DNA of 64,000 nucleotides, taken from contig CBDASZ010000001.1 in the NCBI GenBank assembly GCA_965199755.1, positions 128,001-192,000 of the forward strand. Reading direction: 5' to 3'. Origin of the DNA: an uncultured candidatus Porisulfidus sp. Lineage in GTDB: Bacteria; Pseudomonadota; Gammaproteobacteria; Poriferisulfidales; Poriferisulfidaceae. Below the pieces are notes generated by a model. That model saw nothing but the letters and a program-made list of their open reading frames with translations. It searched no databases and was not told the DNA's origin. The first letter of the stretch is position 1. Each line of letters starts with the position of its first letter. Of the stretch, positions 1-9,446 are shown piece after piece. Position numbers and translations under genes: made by a program.

Positions 1-918
1 CTCCGGCACGCGCACCGGCAACCCGGTCCGCTCTATCAGAGCACGCGCCCGTTCGGCCTGCTCTTGATCCAGCCAACCCTGACGCACCGACAAGTCGGCC
101 GCCAACACCATGCCGCACGCAACCGCTTCACCATGCAGCCACTGCTGATAATTCTGCTCCGTCTCAATAGCATGGGCGAAGGTGTGCCCCAGATTCAGCA
201 GGGCGCGCTGGCCGCTGCTCTCCAACTCGTCCGCCTCCACCACGCGCGCCTTGCACGCGCAGGAAGTCTCGATCGCCTGCGCCAGAGCCTCCGGCTCTTT
301 CGCCAGCACCGCGTCGATATGCTCCTCAAGCCATGCAAAGAACGGAGCATCGCCCAGCAAGCCGTACTTGATCACTTCGGCGACACCCGCGCGCAATTCA
401 CGCTCCGGCAGTGTCGCCAGCGTCACCGGATCAATCAGCACCGCCTGCGGCTGCCAAAACGCGCCGATCATGTTCTTGCCCAAAGGATGATTGACGCCGG
501 TCTTGCCGCCCACCGACGCATCCACCTGCGCAAGCAGGGTGGTCGGGACTTGTATGTAACGGATTCCGCGCATGTAGGTCGCTGCCGCAAACCCCGTCAT
601 GTCGCCAACCATGCCGCCGCCGACCGCAATCAGACATGCATCACGACCGAGGTTGCGCTCCAACAAATACTGATAGATCCCCTGCAAGTCCTCCAGCGTC
701 TTGTGCGTCTCGCCATCCGGCAGCACATAGACGCCGCGACAGGTTTCTCCCAAATGCTCGGCAATGACTTGCGCGTATTCATCCTCGACGCGCGGCTGCG
801 TCACCACCACTGCCGCATCCCCGGCAATATGCGCCCAGTGCGCCGGCTCGCGCAGCAAGCCGTCGCCTATCAGAATCGGATACGCCGTACCTTTGAGGCC
901 CACGCGAAGTTCACGCAC
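1..918 (-). CDS. aroB: 3-dehydroquinate synthase (runs off the window start)
   Basis: Manual minus-strand translation from GTG 918: VRELRVGLKGTAYPILIG...GGGMVGDMTGFAAATYMRG...VPTTLLAQVDASVGGKTGVN; directly downstream of aroK. Not in the ORF track because it is open-ended. Confidence 0.93.
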   Translation of the reverse strand, partial: MRELRVGLKGTAYPILIGDGLLREPAHWAHIAGDAAVVVTQPRVEDEYAQVIAEHLGETCRGVYVLPDGETHKTLEDLQGIYQYLLERNLGRDACLIAVGGGMVGDMTGFAAATYMRGIRYIQVPTTLLAQVDASVGGKTGVNHPLGKNMIGAFWQPQAVLIDPVTLATLPERELRAGVAEVIKYGLLGDAPFFAWLEEHIDAVLAKEPEALAQAIETSCACKARVVEADELESSGQRALLNLGHTFAHAIETEQNYQQWLHGEAVACGMVLAADLSVRQGWLDQEQAERARALIERTGLPVRVPE

Positions 919-967
919 AACATCTCACCAGTCAATCGGGTGCGAGAATTGTACGGCACACCCGGTT

Positions 968-1504
968 TCACCAGCCCCGTGAGCGGTCCAGCCACTGCAC
1001 AATGTTGTCGCAGGCCGCAGTCAGCGTCAGCTCATCCATATTCACCGTGTGATCACCCAGCTCCCGATATAGCGGGGTGCGATCGGCGGCCATGCGCTCC
1101 AACACTGCCATCGGATCATCCGTCTGCAGCAGCGGGCGCGAGTGATCTGCGCGTACGCGCAGATTGGCCAGCTGTTTCTGCGGCGAAGCCGCCATCCAGA
1201 TCACCAGGCCGCGTGCGCCGAATGCGCGGCGGTTCTCCACATCCAGCACCGCGCCGGCACCGGTGGCCAGCACCAGATTTTTGCGCTGCGTCAATTCATC
1301 AATGAGGGCGCACTCGCGCCGCCTGAAGCCTTCTTCACCTTCCAGTTCAAAGGTCTCCGCCACAGTCACGCCGGTGCGCTCGCACAACACGGTGTCGCTG
1401 TCGAGGAACTCGCGCCCGGTCGCGGATGCCAGCCGCGCGCCCAGCGTGGTCTTGCCAACTCCGGTTGGACCGATCAGAAATACGCTACTTTGCAAGCCTG
1501 CCAT
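968..1504 (-). CDS. aroK: shikimate kinase
   Basis: P-loop GPTGVGKTT, DSD, GEEGFRRRE, RPLL motifs; adjacent to aroB. Confidence 0.95.
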   Translation of the reverse strand: MAGLQSSVFLIGPTGVGKTTLGARLASATGREFLDSDTVLCERTGVTVAETFELEGEEGFRRRECALIDELTQRKNLVLATGAGAVLDVENRRAFGARGLVIWMAASPQKQLANLRVRADHSRPLLQTDDPMAVLERMAADRTPLYRELGDHTVNMDELTLTAACDNIVQWLDRSRGW

Positions 1505-1636
1505 GGTGCAAATGAAGTTAGAAGGGTGGGAACATTAAACAAGCAATGGTTAATCTAGCCAGCGGCAGCACTATTGTTCAACCATGGGTCCAGAAGTACT
1601 GTCAGAGTAGCACCAAGGCTAGTTTATTGGGAAAAG

Positions 1637-1930
1637 TTATTTTACAAACGCACGCCCCAAATGATTTTTAACAATCTTGATTGCAGGAGTTCCTGAAAAT
1701 GTGTGTGGTTGCGTGGGAGACAGAAAGCACCCAATCCTGCAACTGGGGGTCTTCTTCAAGGCGAACTATAGCCAACCCTTGCTTTTCTAACTCTTCCCTG
1801 GAAATATGGCGGACATGACTCTGAAAGTGCTTATGGTTAGCAAACCAGTGAACACTCTTTTCGCTTTATCAATATCATCATCTTTGAACATATATTTTCG
1901 TAGCCAAGTTTTGACCAGTTCTCTGGACAT
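1637..1930 (-). pseudogene. frameshifted C-terminal remnant of an SDH-family (Clp-fold) serine protease-like gene
   Basis: Joining three frames gives MSRELVKTWLRKYMFKDDDIDKAK / WFANHKHFQSHVRHISREELEKQGLAIVRLEEDPQLQDWVLSVSHATTHIF / GTPAIKIVKNHLGRAFVK*, resembling the C-terminus of that family from memory; AT-rich. Confidence 0.6.
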
Positions 1931-2001
1931 TTATGGCATCCTGCAACAAAACAAGATTCCATGTAGTCTAATATACTCTCGAACTTCTCACTACACCGTC
2001 C

Positions 2002-4416
2002 ATGCCCTCCCTGCCGCGCTACCTGCAACCGCTGGCCGCCCTGATTCTGCTCGGCGTGCTGGTTACGATGGGCGCGTATCTATACATCTTCCCAAGTCTG
2101 CCGACGGTCGCAGAACTGCGCGATGTGCGGCTGCAAACCCCGTTGCGAGTGCTCTCCGAAGAAGGCGAATTGCTGGCTGTATATGGCACCAAACGGCGCA
2201 TCCCACTGACCTTCGAAGAGATCCCGCCGCTCATGCAAAAGGCATTCATCGCCTCTGAGGACGCGCGCTTCTACGATCATCCAGGCGTTGACATACAAGC
2301 ATTGATCCGGGCCAGCATCGCACTGGCGCGCACCGGAAAGATCCGACAGGGCGGCAGCACCATCACCATGCAGTTGGCGCGCAACTTCTACCTCACGCGC
2401 CAACGTCATTTTGTGCGCAAACTGCGCGAAATCTTCCTCGCCCTGCGCATCGAGCAAACCCTCAATAAAGACGAAATCCTCACCCTCTACCTCAACAAGA
2501 TCTTCCTCGGACATCGCGCCTATGGAATCGGCGCGGCAGCCGAGGTGTACTACGGAACCTCCCCGCAGCAATTGACGCTGGCGCAGATCGCGACTTTGGC
2601 CGGTCTGCCAAAAGCGCCTTCCGCGATCAATCCGCTCTCCAACCCGGATGCTTCGATGGAGCGGCGCATCTATGTGCTCGATCGCATGCTGGAAGATCAC
2701 CACATCACCCCGCAGCAATACGCCGTCGCGCGCGCGGCGCGGGTCACGGCACAGCCCCGTCAGCGCATTCGCGCGGCCAATTCTTCCGCGCCGTACGCCG
2801 CCGAGATGGTGCGCGTTGAGATGGTGCAGCGCTACGGCTCGAACGCGTACACGGGCGGCTACACCGTCTACACCACTCTGCGCGAGGAATTACAACTGGC
2901 CGCCAACAAAGCCGTGCGGCAGGGTTTGATTCGCTATGACCTGCGACACGGCTGGCGCGGCGCGCAGCGGCGGCTGGACCCGCTGCCAGATGAGCGTAGC
3001 GAACTGGATCAGATACTGCGCGACACCCCGACCCGCGGCGGCTTCAGCAACGCCATCATTACCCACGCCGGCGATCTCGTGGCGCACGCCTATCTGGGCG
3101 GCGGACAATGGGCGGAATTGACTTTGGAGGAGATCCGCTGGGCGCGGCACATGCGCAGCGTGGACTTCCGCGGCCCGCCGCCGCAAACCGCCTCCCAAGT
3201 GGTGCGCGCAGGCGACATCGTGCGTCTGATTCACGAAGACGGGGTCTGGCGTCTGCGGCAGATCCCGCAAGCCGACGGCGCACTGGTCGCGCTCGATCGG
3301 GCAGATGGCGCAATTCGGGCCCTGACCGGCGGGTTCGATTTCTCCAGCAGCAAGTTCAATCGCGTCACGCAAGCGCGCCGGCAACCCGGCTCAGGATTCA
3401 AGCCGTTCGTTTATGCCGCCGCGCTGACGCGCGGCTACACGCCGGCCACGCTGATCAACGACGCGCCGGTGGTCTACCACGACCAAAGTCTTGAAGGGGT
3501 CTGGCGGCCCGCCAATTACAGCCGCCAGTTTTACGGGCCTACCCGTGTGCGCGAAGCGCTGACCTTCTCGCGCAATGTCGTGTCGGTGCGCATACTGGAC
3601 CACATTGGCACCAGTTACACGCGCAATTATGTGGAGCGCTTCGGCTTTGACGCGGATGCGCTGCCGGACAATCTGACGCTGGCGCTGGGCTCGTGCGAAG
3701 TCTCACCCATGCAGATGGTCTCCGCCTACGCCATTTTGGCCAATGGCGGCTTTAAGGTTACGCCTTATCTGATCAAGCGCATTGATGACGCAGCCGGCAA
3801 GACGGTGTATACCGCCAGCCCGCGCCGGGCCTGCGACGCGCAGTGCCGACAACAACTAGCGCAAGACTCGATGCAAGGTACTGAACTGGACACGCCGCTA
3901 CCGGCGCTTGAAGATTTCGCGCCACGCGTTTTGGATCAGCGCGTCCACTACCAGATGGTCAGCATGCTGCAGGATGTCACGCGCCGCGGCACCGCGCGCA
4001 GCACCCAGGTGCTGGAGCGCAGCGATCTGGCCGGCAAGACCGGCACCACCAACGATCAGCGCGATGCCTGGTTCATTGGCTTCGGCGGCGATACGGTGAC
4101 CGCGGCCTGGGTCGGACGCGACAACTTTGAGAAGCTCGGACAGCGCGAAGTCGGCGGGGTGGCCGCCCTGCCGATCTGGATTGATTTTATGCAGCAGGCG
4201 CTGGCGGACACGCCGCCGCAGCCTCTGGAATTGCCGCCCGGTATCGTGCGGGTGCGCATCGATCCCGACAATGGCCTGCTAGCCAAACCCGGCAGCGACA
4301 ACAGCATGGTGGAAACCTTCCGTGAAGAGCAAGTGCCCAACCGAATTTCTGATGACTCGAACGTCTTGCCGTCCGACAATCAGCTGTCAGGTGAGACTCC
4401 TGAAATGCTGTTCTGA
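2002..4416 (+). CDS. mrcA: penicillin-binding protein 1A
   Basis: Transglycosylase motifs EDARFYDH, GGSTITMQL, RKLRE; transpeptidase SGFK, SRN, KTG. Confidence 0.95.
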   Translation: MPSLPRYLQPLAALILLGVLVTMGAYLYIFPSLPTVAELRDVRLQTPLRVLSEEGELLAVYGTKRRIPLTFEEIPPLMQKAFIASEDARFYDHPGVDIQALIRASIALARTGKIRQGGSTITMQLARNFYLTRQRHFVRKLREIFLALRIEQTLNKDEILTLYLNKIFLGHRAYGIGAAAEVYYGTSPQQLTLAQIATLAGLPKAPSAINPLSNPDASMERRIYVLDRMLEDHHITPQQYAVARAARVTAQPRQRIRAANSSAPYAAEMVRVEMVQRYGSNAYTGGYTVYTTLREELQLAANKAVRQGLIRYDLRHGWRGAQRRLDPLPDERSELDQILRDTPTRGGFSNAIITHAGDLVAHAYLGGGQWAELTLEEIRWARHMRSVDFRGPPPQTASQVVRAGDIVRLIHEDGVWRLRQIPQADGALVALDRADGAIRALTGGFDFSSSKFNRVTQARRQPGSGFKPFVYAAALTRGYTPATLINDAPVVYHDQSLEGVWRPANYSRQFYGPTRVREALTFSRNVVSVRILDHIGTSYTRNYVERFGFDADALPDNLTLALGSCEVSPMQMVSAYAILANGGFKVTPYLIKRIDDAAGKTVYTASPRRACDAQCRQQLAQDSMQGTELDTPLPALEDFAPRVLDQRVHYQMVSMLQDVTRRGTARSTQVLERSDLAGKTGTTNDQRDAWFIGFGGDTVTAAWVGRDNFEKLGQREVGGVAALPIWIDFMQQALADTPPQPLELPPGIVRVRIDPDNGLLAKPGSDNSMVETFREEQVPNRISDDSNVLPSDNQLSGETPEMLF

Positions 4417-4467
4417 ACACCTATAAGCCTCTGGCGCATATAGCCCCCACTTAATCTTCAGGATTGA

Positions 4468-4944
4468 ATGATGAATCGTATCTCGCTACCGCGCGCAGTT
4501 GTTGCTGCCGCACTCTTTTTTGTCCCATTCGCTGACGCTGATGCCGAGGAACTTTCCGAAGCGCAACAAGCGGCCGTCGCGATGGTGGACGTCGCCGCTG
4601 CACACATCGGCAGTGACGGCATCGTCAGTTTGATCGACGCTGTCAACAATAAGGACGAACGCTATCTGGATGGCGACTTGTACATGTTTATTCTCAATGT
4701 AGGCGGCACAGTCGTAGCCAGCGCCGCGTTCCCGGACACGGTCGATCAGAACCCCAATGAGGCCACGGACCTAGACGGTAATGCGTTCCTCGGCAATCTG
4801 GTCGCAGACTCACGGAGCAACCCGGACGGCATCTGGTTCAGCTATCGCTGGAAAACCCCAGGCGGAGCCGTCGGCGAAAAAAGCAGCTGGCTTCGCTTCG
4901 TTGACGGGCACGTGCTCGGTGCCGGTGTCGTCACTCCCGACTAA
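4468..4944 (+). CDS. secreted stand-alone single Cache-domain protein (copy 1)
   Basis: Signal peptide, then DLYMFI...DLDGNAF...GIWFSYRW...EKSSW...VLGAG, the sCache_2-like pattern; no TM or output domain. Confidence 0.7.
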   Translation: MMNRISLPRAVVAAALFFVPFADADAEELSEAQQAAVAMVDVAAAHIGSDGIVSLIDAVNNKDERYLDGDLYMFILNVGGTVVASAAFPDTVDQNPNEATDLDGNAFLGNLVADSRSNPDGIWFSYRWKTPGGAVGEKSSWLRFVDGHVLGAGVVTPD

Positions 4945-5021
4945 GCCACTGCGTCATAAAAATGCACCACTGTTCTATGACTAAAATACATCTCCCGCTT
5001 AAACTTTTTTTGGATTGAAAT

Positions 5022-5495
5022 ATGAATCGTATCTCGCTACCGCTCGCAGCGATCGCCGCAGCACTCCTTTTTTTTCCGTTCGCTGACGCTGATGCCGAGG
5101 AACTTTCCGAAGCGCAACAAGCAGCCGTCGCGATGGTGGACGCCGCCGCCGGACACGTCGACAGTGACGGCATCGTCAGTTTGCTCGATGCCCTCAACAA
5201 CAAGGACGAGCGCTATCTGGCTGGCGACCTATACTTGTTTGTGCTCAATGTGGGCGGCACCGTCGTGGGCAACCCTGCATTCCCGGAGAGCGTCGACAAG
5301 AACCCCGATGAGGTCAAGGATGCGGACGGCAATGCGTTCCTCTCCAACATGGTCGCGGAATCGCGGGGCAACCCGGACGGCGTCTGGTTCAAGTACCGCT
5401 GGAGCACTCCGAGCGGAACCGTAGGTGAAAAGAGTAGCTGGCTTCGCTTCGTTGACGGACACGTGCTCGGTGCTGGAGTCGTCACCCCCAACTAA
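5022..5495 (+). CDS. secreted stand-alone single Cache-domain protein (copy 2)
   Basis: Tandem paralog of 4468-4944; DLYLFV...NPAFP...KDADGNAF...WFKYRW. Confidence 0.7.
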   Translation: MNRISLPLAAIAAALLFFPFADADAEELSEAQQAAVAMVDAAAGHVDSDGIVSLLDALNNKDERYLAGDLYLFVLNVGGTVVGNPAFPESVDKNPDEVKDADGNAFLSNMVAESRGNPDGVWFKYRWSTPSGTVGEKSSWLRFVDGHVLGAGVVTPN

Positions 5496-5504
5496 GTCGG
5501 GACG

Positions 5505-8011
<2,507 letters not shown>

Positions 8012-8221
8012 TTAGCGGAAGCGCAGGCGACCTTGGCGAGAAATACGTTTGGCGTTGCGCTTGACCGCAGCGGCGGCCTTGCGCTTGCGCACTTCGGTCG
8101 GCTTCTCGTAATGTTCGCGGCGACGGGCTTCCGTCAAAACGCCCGAACGCTCACAGGCCCGCCGAAAACGGCGGACCGCGATGTCAAACGGCTCGTCTTC
8201 CTTGACTCTGATTCCGGGCAT
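8012..8221 (-). CDS. rpsU: 30S ribosomal protein S21
   Basis: [12 protein letters not shown]...[10 protein letters not shown]. Confidence 0.95.
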   Translation of the reverse strand: MPGIRVKEDEPFDIAVRRFRRACERSGVLTEARRREHYEKPTEVRKRKAAAAVKRNAKRISRQGRLRFR

Positions 8222-8276
8222 TTGGCTGCAATTTCAAGTTGCGTAAAACGGGCCATTTTATCAGAAATGCACAAAC

Positions 8277-8351
8277 TGGCGCTCCCTAGGGGAATCGAAC
8301 CCCTGTTCCCGCCTTGAGAGGGCGATGTCCTGACCGCTAGACGAAGGGAGC
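8277..8351 (-). tRNA. tRNA-Glu (CTC)
   Basis: GCTCCCTTCGTCTAGCGGTCAGGACATCGCCCTCTCAAGGCGGGAACAGGGGTTCGATTCCCCTAGGGAGCGCCA; cloverleaf, TTCGA loop, encoded CCA. Confidence 0.95.
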
Positions 8352-8409
8352 GTGCTGTGTTTGGCGTGCCAGTATAAAGGTTTTGCGGAAATCGCGGCTT
8401 CCCAGCGCG

Positions 8410-8750
8410 TCAAACCCCTACTTGATGCAGCGCCACTTTCACCGTGTTGGCCACCAGACAAGCCACCGTCATCGGTCCGGTGCCTCCAGGCATCGGCGTG
8501 ATGTATCCGGCCACTTCACGCACCGCGTCGAACTGCACATCCCCTTGAATCTTCCCGTCCACACGGCTTACTCCTACATCAAACACGGCGGCACCCAGTT
8601 TGACATGATCGGCGCTGATGACTCCCGGACTGCCCGTCACCGCCACCAGAATATCGTCGAACAACTGCGATTCATAGCATAGCGACACCAGCGCACAGTC
8701 CGCACGGGAGCGCTCCAGCAAGCGGTCGTAGTAACCTTGGCGTTGCCCAT
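8410..8750 (-). pseudogene. chimeric remnant: 5-formyl-THF cyclo-ligase fragment fused to the folD 3' end
   Basis: [29 protein letters not shown] matches the 16298-16930 product; [10 protein letters not shown]...[15 protein letters not shown] matches the FolD C-terminus; junction ACCAGAATATC at 8645-8655. Confidence 0.85.
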
Positions 8751-8818
8751 GCACAGTGGTGGTGAGGTGGTTGCGGAATTTTTGCATGCGGGTCATGCAA
8801 AAGACTGTTCGCGGTCTA

Positions 8819-9446
8819 TCAAAATCGGCGGTATGTAACAACTCGCGTCTGCTGCGAACCCTTTATGGTTGCCAGATCAGGCACCGTGCGTGTGGCACAT
8901 ACAGCGAAAACCATGCCGTTCCCAGAACCAATCAATAGCGCCGGGGCATGATGCGGGCTATAGCCGCGGCCAGAACGTGCAGATCGATTACTGTTCTGGT
9001 TGCTATGGTTGCGAAGACTGTTTGATTGGATGGCGATGGGATCACGATGTGAGGATTCGTTTGGGGATGACTCGACATGCTTGTTGGGTGCCCCCCGCGC
9101 ACAAGTCGACTGTTGTCCTGGTTGCAAGGGTCCCGAAAACTGCTTTGTTGCTCGGGGAGCTCCAGAGGACCCCCCCCCCCCCCTATATCTGTAGCTGATA
9201 CCTTGTATGTCGTCATTCACAGGCGTTGCTTTCTCGGCATCACCTGAGCTATCGGATCGAGAGTATGCAGACCCGGTACCGTGTTGGTCGCGACTGTCGC
9301 GAACACCGTCCGCGAAGTTGGCATTGTAATCACTATCGCTTTCTGGAGCAGATGCGGCCTTGTCTCCCTGTGAGTCCCAGATCGGGGGCTGACCTTGTGG
9401 CAAGCAGTCCCCATCCGATTTGAGTGCTGTTTGAGACATAGACTGC
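8819..9446 (-). repeat. array of five homologous TRD cassettes in staggered frames (9446-9333, 9339-9217, 9170-9042, 9048-8932, 8941-8819)
   Basis: Manual translation; shared pattern hhh-x(5-7)-[FW][AG]xhAT[RN][ST]xx[DG]L-x(6-9)-[RQ]hhxx[RK]. Confidence 0.88.

Noticed and set aside
64-1305. Long + strand ORF (413 aa), and similar ones such as 6530-7993, 15187-16767, 39171-40364 and 41137-42213
   Set aside because: Antisense shadows of well-supported genes (aroB/aroK, gltD, ftr/fau, nuo) in GC-rich DNA; no recognisable motifs.
8410-8841. 143-aa ORF as a functional gene
   Set aside because: A mosaic of a degenerate cassette, a fau fragment and the folD tail, lacking the catalytic N-terminal parts.
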